Below are positions 13,971-26,476 of a DNA stretch of 64,000 bases, in pieces. The stretch spans positions 63,172,467 through 63,236,466 of the forward strand of contig NC_057726.1 in assembly GCF_004010195.1 (NCBI RefSeq), in the 5' to 3' direction. Both the position numbers and the translations under genes were made by a program. Each line of letters begins with the position of its first letter. Positions within the stretch are counted from its first letter, which is position 1. The stretch is from Chiloscyllium plagiosum. Taxonomy: Eukaryota. The notes below the pieces were generated by a model. It did not search any database and had not been told where the DNA came from. It was given only the letters and a program-made list of their open reading frames with translations.

Positions 13971-15124
13971 CTAAAGCAAGGACACTCTGCCCATCATATT
14001 CGTACTGACACTTTATATTCACTTCATCCTACTTTGCTGCTTATTCACAGTAGCCCTGCATATTTATTCTTTCCTGAAAATGATCCAGTTCCCCTTTAAG
14101 TGCCTTGATTGAACTTGCCTCCACCACAGCCTCAGACATTCCATCCGGACCCTAACCACTGACTGTGCAGAAAGATTTTCCTCATGTCCCCCTTGTCTGA
14201 TTTGCTAATTCCCTTTGAACCTGGGCCATTTGGTTCATGATCTTTCCACCAATCTGATGGTCGTTGTTCGATAAATGTTGGCTAGGTGACAGGGAGACTG
14301 GAACTTGAGCTCATAACCTTTTCACTCAAAGGTCAAAAAGTTACCCAATGATATCACTCACGACTTCTCAACCTCTTCTGGTTGGGCTGGTGGGAGGAAG
14401 GAGATGTGTGGAGAATCTTGAATCTCAGCCACGTGCAATTATGCCTGGTGGGGTCTGGTATGGCTCTGCCCTTTTTTTTTGTGTAGGCCCTATCAGCTGG
14501 GTTGGCTTTCATATGGGCACTTGCTGTCCTCTCAGACCTCAGCCCGGTGATCATTCTCGTCTTGATTTCAGATTGACAGTCTACTCATCCACCCAGGCTG
14601 TTTGCAAACCCATGGCCCACATGTTAATGGATCCCTGAATACAGATGACCAGCACTGAGGTCAACTGCTACCCTCCCCAGGCTGAGATTAGTTAACTCTG
14701 CCCAGACGTGTGATTGGCCTTGACACCACCATGTCTGGCGGCTGTCATGGGCAGCCCATTAATTTGCCTTTAAGGCTGGGACTGAGGCAATCACTTGTTG
14801 GTTCCAGACAGACCAGGCTTCTGTGGGTGGCCCTGAGTGGGCTGTGCACAAGGTAGGATGGAAGGTGGAACTGAGAAGAGTCCAATTTTCCTAAAACTTA
14901 GTGTTCGTGAAGCTGAAGGAGGTTCAGAGAACGTGCAGTAAAGGGAACAAGTCGCAGAATGGATAACAAGCCGACAGGGACATTGTGATCACTCAGAGTG
15001 GCAGAAAGTGCCCCACACAGACCACCACCGACATTGCGGCTCTTTGCCACTTTCACAACATGTCTGGGATTCCGGAATCGACAGAGCAGCATCAAAGTTT
15101 GTAGATGTGTCAAATGTTTGTGCG

Positions 15125-15460
15125 GTGGGTAAATAGACAAAGTCCTTTCCCTGGGTTCAGGGAATCCAGAAGTAGAGGGCATAGATTTAGGGTGAGAGGG
15201 GAAAGATATAAAAGAGACCTAAGGGGCAGCTTTTTCACACAGAGGGTGGTGCATGTATGGAATGAGCTGCCAGAGGAAGTGGTGGAGGCTGGTACAATTG
15301 CAACATTTAGGAGACATCTGGATGGGTATATGAATAGGAAGGGTTTGGAGGGATATGGCCGGGTGCTGGCAGGTGGGACTACATTGGGTTGGGATATCGG
15401 TCGGCATGGATGGGTTGGACCGAAGGGTCTGTTTCCATGCTGTACATCTCTATGACTGTG
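15125..15460 (+). mobile_element. Young CR1/HER1 LINE 3' end
   Basis: SRSRGHRFRVRGERYKRDLRGSFFTQRVVHVWNELPEEVVEAG; tail ctgtacatctctatgact; near-identical to 23795-24140. Confidence 0.92.
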
Positions 15461-15559
15461 ATCTGATGGTCAACAACTTGCTGGGAGAGCTATGTCATTG
15501 ACAAATGAATTCAAGAGTAACTAGTCAGAGATTATGTCCTTGGTTGAAACAATGGGAAG

Positions 15560-18500
15560 CCACATTTCTTGAAAAATGTAATGGAGAAAGGAAGGCAAGC
15601 TGGGGAGTATATCTGCACACATCACGCAAAACAATACAACTTAGTTAGGCAATTTCACGAAGCATTTATTGGGGTCGAATTGAAAGCAGAAAAGTCACTT
15701 TAAACCTGTATGAAACTTTGGTTCGATCAGTGCTTCCTTGGACTTACATTTTGAGGTATAAGGGGGCTGGAGAAATAATGAAAAGAAAGCTTTACTAGAT
15801 TAATACCAGAGCTAAGGGATCGTACTGAGCAGGAAAGATTGATCAGGCTAGGATTGTTTGTCCTCGGAAGAAGTCTGAGGGCTGAAATGATAATAGAATT
15901 CTTCATGATTATGAAGGATTTGTTGGGGGGCGGGGGGTTTGTTGGGGGGGGGGGGGGGGGGGGTGTCGGGAGGCATTTCTACTTTTTGGAGAAGATCAGA
16001 ACTAATGACGATAATTTTAAGATAGTCACAAATAATTAATAACCATGAGGAAATAGTGGTGGTAATATGACTATGTTGGTAATCCAGGGGGGTATTATAG
16101 GAAACTGGGCTCAGATCTCACCGTGACAGCTGCTCAACTTTAAGTTCAGTTAAATTACCTGGAACTCTAAAGCTAGTTTCAGTGATGGCTACCGTGTAAG
16201 CTATTTTCTAATCAACCAGTTCAGAGACGTTTTAAGTTCCTGCTAGGTATTACATAGAGCGTTACATAGAACATAGTGCAGGAACAGGCCTTTCGGCCCA
16301 TTATGTCTGTAACGGGCCATGATACCATTCTAAACTATCCCATCTACCTGCACATGGTCTGTAAACCTCTATTCCCTGCCTGTTCATGTGCCTGTGTAAA
16401 TGCCTCTTAAATGTTGCTATCGTATCTGCTTCTACTACCTCCTCTGGCAGTGTACCAGGTATCTACCACCCTGAGTGTTTTAACAAAAACATCATCTTTA
16501 AGCTTTTCCATCTGACCTTAAACCTATGTTCCCAATTATTTGACATTCCCAGCCTGGGAAAAAGACTCTGTCTATCTGCCCTATCCATGCCTCTTATAAT
16601 TCTATAGATCCCTATCAGGTTGTTCCTCATCCTCTGATGCTCTAACAAAAACCAGCCAAGTTTGTCCAACCTCTCCTTACAACCAATACAGGCACCATCC
16701 TGGTAAACCTCTTTTTCACTCTCACCAAAACTTCCGTATCCTTCCTATAGTGTGGCAATCAGACCTGTATACAGTACTCCAAATGTGGTCCAATAAAGTT
16801 TTATACAGCTGCAAAATGACTTGCCAACGTTTATACTCAGTGCCCCGACTGATGAAGGCAAGTGTGCTGTATGCTTTCTTTAACACTAATATTGCTGCTT
16901 TCAGGGACTATGGATTTCCAGCCCAAGATCCTTCCTGCATTTGACCTCCCAAAATCCATTAACTCGCATTTGTCAGGATTAAACTCCATCTGCCATTTCT
17001 CTGCTCAACTTTCCCACTATGTCCTGCTGTATCCTTTGACAATCTTTCTCACAATCAACAAGTCCACCCTTTTTCATGTCAATGTAAACTTAAGAAGACC
17101 AACTGCATTTTCATCCAAATCATTTATTTAAATATTAAACAACAGGGATTCCAGCACTGATCCTTATGGAACTCCAGTGGTCACAGACCTCCAGTCAGAA
17201 AAACACTCCTCCCCAACTACCCTCTATGACTAAGCCAATTTGTATCCAACTTACCAACTCATCATAGATCCCACGTGACTTAATCTTCTGCATCAGCCTA
17301 CCTACCATGAGGGACCTTGGGAAATGCTTCAGTAAAGTCCATGTAGACCACATCTGCTTTCCTGCCTATATCAATCAATTGCATCACTTCCTCAAAAAGC
17401 TCAATCCAATCAGTGAGACAAAACCTCCCCCCGCCCCCCCCCCCCCCCCACACAAAGCCATGCTAACTATCCCTAACAAGCCCATTCTTTTTCAAATGTG
17501 AGAAGTCTTGTCCCTCAGAAATTTCTGCAATAGTTTCTCTCCCACTGATATAAGGCTCACTGACCTTTAATTTCCTGGACTATCCCTGTTGCCCTTAAAC
17601 ACAGGAACAACGTTATCTATTCTCCAGTCTTGTGGGTCCTCGCCTGTGGCTAAAGAGGATGCACAGATCTCTGTCAAAGTCCCAGCAAGCTCCTTCCTCT
17701 GTATCCTGAAATAGATCCCAGTGGGCCGTGATGGCGTTTCATAGAATCTCTACAGTGTGGAAACAAGCCATTTGGCTCATAAAGTCCACACTGATGCTCC
17801 GAAGAGCATCCCACCCAGACCAACCCTCCCCTACCCTATCCCTGAAACACTACCCTATCCCATGGCTAACCCCCCCGTTTAGCCTCCACATCCCTGGACC
17901 CTATGGGATAATTTTGCGTGGCCAGTCCACCTAACCTGCACAACTTTGAACAGTTGGAGAAAACCCACGCAGACGTATGGAGAATGTGCAAACTCCACAC
18001 AGCCAGTCGCCCAAGGCTGGAATCAAAAACAGCTCCCTGGTGCTGTGAAGCAGCAGTGCTAACCACTGAGCTGTCGTGCTACCTTATTGTTTTTCAAGAC
18101 ACATGACACCACCACCATCTTGGTAATGATATTTCCTGAATATCAACATACCCCTTTGTAATGCTACCATCATCCATGTCCCCTTCCTTAGTAAATTACC
18201 AGTGTGAAGTATTGATTAAGAATCTCACCTACTTCCTCTGGCGCCACTCCTTTCTTTATCCTTGAGTAGACTTAACATTTCCCTAGCTATTGTCTTGCTC
18301 GTAATATATGCTTTGGAGTTCTTCTTAATTCTACTTTTGAAGGACCCTCCTTTTTAGCCGTCCTAATTCATTATTTACATTCTTTCCTGCTTCCTTTATC
18401 TCCTTCAAGGACCAAGGTGGGTCCTGAGCCCAGACTTCCTTGTCCGAATGGCCACTATGCGGCAATTGTCATGGAGATCTGCCAGGTACTAATGGCTTTT

Positions 18501-18905
18501 AGGGAAGGAAATCCGCTGATTCCAGACCCACGCGACATGATTGGCTGTTAACTGCCTTGTAAAATGACCTAGCAAGCCACTCCATTCAAGAGCAATTGGG
18601 TATATGCAGAAAATGCTGGCTTTGTCAGTAACACCCATATTCCAGCAAAGAATAAAGACAAAAAACGTTCCAGTAATGAATTCAGAAGAAACCTCTTTAC
18701 ATAAAGAATGTAGGTAATCGCTACCACGGGTGTAGTTGAAGCAAATAGCACAGAAATATACAAGGGGACGTTAGACATATATGGAGGGAGATGGAGAAGG
18801 ATATGTTAATTGAGTTAGATAAGGGTACGGAGTGTGTGGAATTTAAACACTAGCCTCAATGAATTAGGCTGAATGGCACTTTACTGTGCTGTGTAATCAA
18901 TGTAA
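15560..18905. mobile_element. Nested TE stack: old CR1(+) > SINE(+) > CR1(-) > HE1(-)
   Basis: CR1(+) halves about 15560-16040 and 18660-18905; SINE halves about 16055-16230 and 18485-18660; CR1(-) about 16262-18410; HE1(-) 17740-18083. Confidence 0.65.
17740..18083 (-). mobile_element. HE1-type SINE
   Basis: Reverse complement of the HE1 head (gcagtgctaaccactgag), V-domain and tail (tacagtgtggaaac). Confidence 0.88.
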
Positions 18906-18923
18906 GTTGTGTTTTCTGTTCAG

Positions 18924-19033
18924 GCAGCAGATACCCTGGCAGTGCGACAGAAGCGGCGGATATATGACATCACCAACGTCTTGGAGGGCATCGGGCTCAT
19001 CGAGAAGAAATCGAAAAACAGCATTCAGTGGAA
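18924..19033 (+). CDS. E2F4: E2F4 coding exon 2 (winged-helix DNA-binding domain)
   Basis: ttcag| acceptor and |gtgagt donor; 110 nt; translates [36 protein letters not shown](K). Contains the RRIYD motif; GIGLIEKK is E2F4-type (E2F5 has GIDLIEKK). Confidence 0.97.
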
Positions 19034-20600
19034 GTGAGTGTGTCTGAAAAACTCAGGAACAGAGCAAACATTTAATAATACCACTTTCTGTGTCGATATC
19101 TTCATCCCTAATCTTCTTGCACCATACTGTCTCTTCCTCTTCCCTCTTGTCTTGCCATTGTGCTAGTCTAAAGTATTGATTTCCTCTGCAGGCTCAACTA
19201 GGGTTCTCCCACTAGTTTTGGGATATCAAACCTCAGAGCTCTCAGACAGTCTTTTGTGAAATGTTGTTCTGTCTGAAACTCTGAGATTTGTTGAGTGGGT
19301 AACAGCAGTCATGTGACGAAGGGTAAATCCTCTGCTCATTTCTCAGAGTTTCATGGTTTTACGTTTTCCTCTTCAGTTAGTAGGATGACTGCCTCCTCGC
19401 CACGATTTTCAACTTCATCTGAACCATATGACCAGGGAAAAGAGGGCTTGGTGATTTTCCGTTGCTTAGCTCTTCCTTCATCTCTGCCAGTGTTGACTAG
19501 TTTTGGTGTTGATCATGGCTCATTACGGTGCCCCTGGGACCCCTATTAGGCCCAGAGAGGCTGAGAAAGAGGCAGACATGACCACTCTCTGGCATCTCAG
19601 GCTACTCCATTGTTCTCCAGTCAGACAGGAGTGATTTTTTTAAAAACTGCAGGTGTATTAAAGGGCCAGCATTTCTTTCCTAATCGTCAGTTTGTTTAAT
19701 AAAGTGAAGAGGGCCCGCTGACACCCAAATCTCACATTTACATCCTGCACTTACCCTTTGATAGGAGCTGTCAAAATGGCTGCCCATGCTGGATCACTAG
19801 GATCGAGTTAGTAGAACCAAAATGGTGAAACATTTCTAAATATGAATGAGAAGCTCCTAAAGTCTGTTCCATTGTTCAGTACGATCGTGGCTGATCTGAT
19901 TATGGCCTTAATTTCACTTTCCTGTCCACCCAATAACCTTTTGACTCCCTTGTCAGTCAGGATTTCTGAAGAAGGTTAATTCTGATTTCTCTCCACAGGT
20001 GCTGGCAGACCTGCTGAGCTTCTCCGGGAACTTCTATTATTGTCTCTTTCTCAAACTTAGCTTTTGAAATATCCTGCCTCATTGTCCTGAGGAAGAAAAT
20101 GACACAGGCATATGGCCCTCTTGAAAGGAAACATTTCTCTTAAATGGAAAATGCCTCATTTTTAAACTCTGTTTCTAGTTCTAATCTTTCTCCAGGGCAA
20201 ACATCCAATTTCCCATTCTTCTAAATTCCAATGGACACGGACTCAATCTACTCAACCTTTCCTCGTTTTCCCTCATCCCTGGAATCACTCATGTCAATGT
20301 TCTCTGAACTGCTTCTGAGATAATTTTCTTAAATGAGGAGACCAAAAGTGTACACCAGATGTGGTTGCTTCCTCTTGCAATAAAAGCCAACATTCCAAAC
20401 GTCTTCCCAATCATTTGTATCTGCATTCTCAAATAAAATACTACTGATACTGTAAATCTGAAATAAGCACTGAACATGCTGGAGAAGCTCAGCAGGTTGT
20501 GAAGAAGTCATACTGGACTCAAGCGCTAATTCTGCTGTCACCACAGATGTCGCCAGACCTGCTGGGTTTCCCCAGCATTCGCCGTGTTCTGACAGCATCT

Positions 20601-21089
20601 TCAAAGTTTGTGAGAAGATTTGTAGCTCGGGTGCTCGTTGCTGTGGTTCTGTTCGCCGAGCTGGAAGTTTTTGTTGCAAACGTTTCGTCCCCTGTCTAGG
20701 TGACATCCTCGGTGCTTGGGAGCCTCCTGTGAAGCGCTTCTGTGGTGTTTCCTCTGGCATTTATAGTGGCCTGTCCCTGCCGCTTCCGGTTGTCAGTTTC
20801 AGCTGTCCGCTGTAGTGGCCGGTATATTGGGTCCAGGTCGATGTGTTTGTTGATGGAGTTTGTGGATGAGTGCCATACTTCTAGGAATTCCCTGGCTGTT
20901 CTTTGTTTTGCTTGCCCTATAATGGTAGTGTTGTCCCAGTCAAATTCATGTTGCTTGTCGTCTGCATGTGTGGCTACTAGGGATAGCTGGTCGTGTCGTT
21001 TCGTGGCTAGTTGATGTTCGTGGATGCGGATCGTTAGCTGTCTTCCTGTTTGTCCTATATAGTGTTTTGTGCAGTCCTTGCATGGGATT
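20601..21089 (-). mobile_element. Penelope-like element 3' fragment: GIY-YIG endonuclease C-terminal part plus terminal repeat with hammerhead
   Basis: Uninterrupted frame 21088->20696: IPCKDCTKHYIGQTGRQLTIRIHEHQ...HEFDWDNTTII...REFLEVWHS...; flanked by 11-bp direct repeat tgacagcatct (20590-20600, 21090-21100). Confidence 0.9.
20675..20716 (-). ncRNA. Minimal type I hammerhead ribozyme motif in the Penelope terminal repeat (variant core)
   Basis: Minus strand reads gca CCGAGGA t gtcacct agac aggggac GAAA cgtt tgc; stem I gca/tgc and stem II present; U4 replaced by C. Confidence 0.6.
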
Positions 21090-21565
21090 TGACAGCATCT
21101 GTGGATGGATAAATTGAGTTAATGTTTCCTATCCTGTTTAACTCCTCTTCAGAACCTTTGAGCTTCTCCAACACATTTGTGTCTGCAGATTAACCTGTTG
21201 TGACTTACAGGGCACCCCAATTCTTGTGGACCTCCGAGCTCTGTCGTCACTTTTCATTGCTTTTCGAAGCTTCTGTCAACGTAGTTAAGCTCACACTTTT
21301 ACACGTTATATTCCATCTGCTGAATTTCTGTCTGCTCAGTAAACCTGTCTCCTTTGCAGACTCCTTGTGTCCTTTTCACAAGCTACTCTCTCGCCTACCT
21401 GTGTCATCAGCAAAGAGAGCAAACATGTTTGGGCGCTTTGTCCATGCCATTGATATAAATGGTAAATAGTTGAGGACAAAGTACTGATTACTGTGGCCGT
21501 TTATTAATTACAGCTTGCCAACCCCAAAATGACCCCCTTATCCCTTATCTTTCTTTCTCTTAGCT

Positions 21566-21885
21566 GGGCGGCACAGTGGTTAGCACTGCTGCCTCACAGC
21601 GCCAGAGACCCGGGTTCAATTCCCGCCTCAGGCGACTGACTGTGTGGAGTTTGCACGTTCTCCCAGTGTCTGCGTGGGTTTCCTCCGGGTGCTCCGGTTT
21701 CCTCCCACAACACAAAGATGTGCAGGTTAGGTGAATTGGCCATGCTAAATTGCCCGTAGTGTTAGGTAAGGGGTAAATGTAGGGGTATGGGTGGGTTGCG
21801 CTTCGGCGGGACGGTGTGGACTTGTTGGGCCGAAGGGCCTGTTTCCACACTGTAAGTAATCTAATCTAATCTAATCTAATCTAAA
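21566..21885 (+). mobile_element. Young HE1-type SINE with (CTAAT)n tail
   Basis: gggcggcacagtggttagcactgctgcctcacagcgcc...gggttcaattccc; CpG-rich; tail taatctaatctaatctaatctaatc. Confidence 0.93.
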
Positions 21886-23794
21886 ATTGTCTGTCCATGT
21901 AAATCTGTTAGCTCCTTTACCATGAGTTCTTCTGTATGGTAACCTTTGATGTGGCATTTAGCCTGATGTCCTGTACCCATGTTGCTTATTATCACTTTTA
22001 AAAAGCTTTAACAAATTGGATAAACACAGTTTCCCTTTCGCAAAGGAAAATCTCTGACACAAATGTTGAGCTTCAAGATTCAAGAGTTTTCTCCGAACCA
22101 GTTAAACAGGTTCGGTAGGGATATCCTGAATATTAACAGCAGCTGTAGGCTGACTGTGTAAATTGGTGCAAGCTGATCCAAGGCATGTAGGGCTTCCCTC
22201 TGTGCTGATTGGTAGGACTTTCAGGATTTTGACCCAATGGTGATGTATGAACGGTAATATATTTCCAAATAGGATGTTGAGTGATATGGAGGGGAACTTG
22301 CAGGTGGTGGTATTGTCATGCATCTGCTGCCCTTCTCTTTTAGGTGACAGAATCTGCAGGTTTGAAAGATGTTTTTGAAAGAGCCTTTGTTTGTCACCAC
22401 CATGCATCCTGTAGATCATGCCCACAGCTTCTACTGAGTGTTGGTGGTGAATGTTGAACGTGATGAATGGGTTCCAATCAAGCAGACTCTTTGTCCAGGA
22501 TGGTGTTGAACTTGTGTTGTCAGAGCTGCACCCATTCGAGTAAATTCCAGCCTTGTTCCTTGTAGATGGTGGTAGGTTAGGGGATGTTTCAGTTCGAAAG
22601 GATTTGGTTTCAATGGATTGTGGAGTTCACTAATTCCATTATGTTGCTGTCCATGCCAGGTGAAGCTGGGGTAGAGTTACCCTCTGGTTGTTCACATCTG
22701 AGCTGTTATTAGGGCAATAAGTAGCAGAAAGGTTGCAGGTTGAGTTGAGATTTCCGTGTTAACTGTGGCCACAACTCTATCGCTCTATCTCTCTGACTTG
22801 CCTTGAGTTTGGTAGCTGTAAGTACGTGTTCCCAGTACAGTGATGCCAGATTCACCACGACCACCTCCATTGGGGGCAACTAAGAGTCTACCATGTGCCT
22901 GTGGATCTAGAGTCTGTAGGACACGCCGCATAAGGACAACAGTTTCCTTCCCTAAAGGACATTACCTCTGTTTAATGTTCATTATCCTTGTCTCTTGCAT
23001 ATGCATCAGTAATTGACCAGTTCCCTCACCGGGGTGGAATCTGTGGCTGTCAGAATAGCGATTCCGGCCAACATCTGATCTTCTGGGTAATTTAAAAGCG
23101 CAGTGTGAAATTTTTGGGGCTCTGTTGTGAAATGCTGTTTTACAGGTCAGCTATTGGCTCCATAACCTTCCTTTGAACCTCAGTATCTTTGCTGTCTCAT
23201 GTCTACCTCTGTTTGGTATGGAGACCTGTCTTTTTCCACGCACTGGCTCTGACCTTCGACATGTAGTGTGACTGGCTCCAGTTGTGAAGGAGTGAAGGTT
23301 GCTTCTAACCACAACTGGCTGGCTCCTTCAGCTGTGCACTCGGTCTGGGCCAGTGTCCATCACTGAATACCACTCGGTTCAGAACATCTCCCTTTCCTAG
23401 GGCTAGAGTATTTGAGTAGGGAATATTCAATCCTTTCACCTTTTTGCAGTCCGTGAAAGAGAGCGTGATGCAATGACCAGACAGAAGTGCACACATTTCC
23501 CTCTCCATTTTCTGTTGTTGTCTTGGTTATTGCCCATTCCTCACAAAACCACATCCCAATTTGGAGAATACTCCTATTGAAGAATTAAGCATGTTTACAG
23601 CACAGAAGGAGACCATCCAAGCCATCGTGTCCCTGCTGACTGTACAAAAGCACTGTTATTAGTGCCACTCTTCTGCCCTTTTCCTGTACCTTACAAGTTT
23701 TATCTTCTCTGCACCTAGTTACCAGTTCCCTCTTGAGAGCCACTGTTGAATCTCTCTGTGCCACACTATGGTCAAGCTGTTAAGTTTTTGTAAA

Positions 23795-24140
23795 GATGGA
23801 TAGGATAAATAGACAAAGTCCTTTCCCTGGGGTGGGGAGTCCAGAACTAGAGGGCTTGGGTTTAGGGTGAGAGGGGAAAGATATAAAAGAAACCTAAGGG
23901 GCAATTTTTTCACACAGAGGGTGGTACGGATATGGAATGAGTTGCCAGAGGATGTGGTGGAGGCTGGTACACTTGCAACATTTAAGAGGCATTTGGATGG
24001 GTATATGAATAGGAAGGCTTTGGAGGGATATGGGCCAGGTGCTGGCAGGCGGGACTAGATTGGGTTGGGATATCTGGTTAGCATGGATGGGTTGGACCAA
24101 AGGGTCTGTTTCCATGCTGCACATCTCCATGACTCTATGA
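23795..24140 (+). mobile_element. Young CR1/HER1 LINE 3' end inserted into an older CR1(-)
   Basis: ORF 23867..24058 RGERYKRNLRGNFFTQRVVRIWNELPED; tail catgactctatgact. Confidence 0.9.
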
Positions 24141-25433
24141 CTATATTGATAGGGGGTGACTATTCAACCCCTGGAGAGCATTCTCTCCCATTTGGTGGCA
24201 GCATACCTGACCTCTGAATCCATGACCTAGAACCATCTACCCATCCTTACTCCATTCCCTTCCATATCTTGGGTTAAGGACAGTCTGTAATCTTTGACTT
24301 TGAAGTGAACAATTAATCAAGTATCATTACGATTTGCAGAAGAGAATTCCAAACGTCATCTTTCACACACACGCTCGGTGGTGGAATTGTTTCCTAATTT
24401 TACTTCTGAAAGGTTTTTTTGATTCTACCCCTTAGTCACAGGCTCCTCAGCCAGTGGGCATAGTTTTCAACTGCCTACACTATCTGCTGTCCTAAATATC
24501 TTGAAAACTTTCAGCAGTCCGCCCTTTAAATTGCAGGAATATAACTCTACTTTGTAATCTCTCCTCTTGGTTTAATTTAATTATCAGTCTGAAACATCTA
24601 CAGTGCACTCTCTCCAACAATCCTGCCTTGTTTGTAGACACTCTTGCTGAGTTGTTTCTCAGTGTCCGTTCTCTCTCTTTCTCCTCCCCCATCCCAGTAA
24701 AAAAGTAAAACCTCGAGCCCCACAGAGGGAGGCTTGGTGAGGATGGAAATTGGAACAAGGTCACTGTGACATTAATACTATTTTAATTAGGGGTAACTTT
24801 CATTTTTCTTTCTTCCAGTACTGTCTCACCTTCCTGTGCTGTCTTAACACCAGATGGGCATTCTAGAAATGATGGTATTTTGTTTACTCAGAATATTTTG
24901 TCCATTTGGTTTCTATTTCAGAGGGTGTTAAGGCAAATTGCCATGTCTGCTTCCTTCCTGAGGAAGTGTGTTTGACTAATCCTTTTCGGGGAGAGGGGGA
25001 GGGATAGGATTGATGTTTGGTGGGTGTGGGTCATTTATTCTGGGGTGGATCGAGAAGTATCTGGGGGGGCTATCCGGGAGTTTCACTCCATCTTTGCCTG
25101 TTCTCAGCTGGTGTAGGGCTGGCTGGATTTGTCTGTCAGTTATGAACATGCCGACAGTTTGACTATGTGTGAGCCCAAGAAGTACTAGCTGGCTGTTTCC
25201 TGACAGCACACATCACCACCAAACTGGATTCTATCCAACTATTCCAATGGCATGGTCAGGTGTGGAGATGGTGACTCATGCGGGGAGGGTGAATGGCCAC
25301 AGCTATCTTCCAGCACTCGACTCTTCCATTGAACTAAGCTGAGAGACTCCCTCTATTGGCCTGATTCTATTTCCTGAATATGTTTGTCCGAGCAGGGATT
25401 TACACCGTTTTTTATCTTTGTACTCGGTCACAG

Positions 25434-25595
25434 AGGAGTGGGTCCTGGATGCAACACCCGAGAGATTGCAGATAAGCTGATAGACCTAAAGGCAGAGATC
25501 GAGGACTTGGACAGACGAGAGCAGGAGCTCGACCAGCAGCGAGTCTGGGTCCAACAGAGCATTCAGAACGTGACGGACGACATCGAGAACAGCAG
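25434..25595 (+). CDS. E2F4: E2F4 exon 3 (DP-dimerisation coiled coil)
   Basis: cacag| acceptor; 162 nt; [53 protein letters not shown](R); followed by the U12 donor ATATCCTTT. Confidence 0.96.
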
Positions 25596-26432
25596 ATATC
25601 CTTTGGCACAGACCTTGGTCTCTCCAACTGCTCCTTTTTTAAAATCTGTGACCCCCCTCCCCCAGCATCCTTCGATTGGTGTAGCATTCACTCAGTGATC
25701 AAGTACTGAAAACACTACACTGGCGCTATCCACTTCAGCTGTGTACTCAGACTTCCCCCAAACGCACTGAGCTGTGCTCGCTAATACCAACACAAGTTTG
25801 CCCACTTCGCGAACTGCTCTTTGAGAGACTGGCTTTCCCACAGAAGAAACACTTGGACACCCTCCTCCACCCCTGCTGCCCGCACTCAGTTACTGCACAA
25901 CCCTCCTCCCCATGTGAATAGGCAACACCGACTGTGGTTTAATCTTTCCCACCCATTTCCGTTATTTCCCACTGGTTCAGGTGGGGACACTGGTACCACT
26001 GGGGCGAAGAACGTTGATGGGACCGGTCATGCTCCTCGGTTGGATCGGATATTTCTTCTGTCATTCAAGCCCGAGAACACAAATGACATGCCTCGGATAC
26101 CTTGCCCATACACCTATTGTTTATGTATAATCAGGTATAGGAGCCTAGTGTTGCATCGGTTGTGGGTGAGATATTGGACTGTCTGGACCTCCTCTGTCTG
26201 ATACCCTGTGGTCTTCAGCGCTGTCTCTAGCATGCTGCCATCCATGTGCCTGCAGTACGTACATGTACACACACACACACACACACACGCCACCTGCATG
26301 TCGATCCTGAACACAGTGGGAGGTTTGACAGTCGGTTGCCTTTCTCCTGGTGTCTGCGTAGAGGCGGAGTACAGTTTCACCAGCCGGGAGTGAGCGAGCT
26401 CTTGGCGTTGCCTCTCCTTAACTGTTCTTTAC
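25596..26432 (+). other. E2F4: U12-type (minor spliceosome) AT-AC intron 3 of E2F4, 837 nt
   Basis: 5' splice site ATATCCTTT at 25596, branch site TCCTTAAC at 26415-26422, terminal AC at 26431-26432; this splice keeps the frame (AG+A = Arg). Confidence 0.93.
26266..26288. repeat. (CA)n microsatellite inside the U12 intron
   Basis: tacacacacacacacacacacac. Confidence 0.9.
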
Positions 26433-26476
26433 ACTAGCATATGTGACACATGAGGATATGTGCCGATGTTTTAAAG
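26433..26476 (+). CDS. E2F4: E2F4 exon 4 (marked-box region)
   Basis: 44 nt; LAYVTHEDMCRCFK(G); donor |gtaaga. Confidence 0.95.

Larger units (their letters stand above)
19850..22045 (-). mobile_element. CR1 LINE fragment split by family-C repeats, a Penelope fragment and an HE1 SINE
   Basis: CR1 segments at about 19850-20420, 21160-21540 and 21890-22045 (gcaataaaagccaacattcc, tgtgtcatcagcaaa = FADD). Confidence 0.65.

Noticed and set aside
15924-15964. Poly-G tract as a functional G-quadruplex (also poly-C at about 17425-17449)
   Set aside because: Homopolymer expansions inside decayed LINEs with no other support.
1-18923. E2F4 exon 1 (SRHEKSLGLLTTKF...)
   Set aside because: No such coding segment or CpG island seen; exon 1 is presumably upstream, so intron 1 exceeds 18.9 kb.
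21566-21640. tRNA genes at SINE heads (also about 4816 and 58631)
   Set aside because: A/B boxes continue into the V-domain and LINE tail of HE1 SINEs; no complete cloverleaf.
25596-25698. Extension of exon 3 as in ORF 25384..25698
   Set aside because: Homology stops at the U12 donor; the extension is intron read-through.
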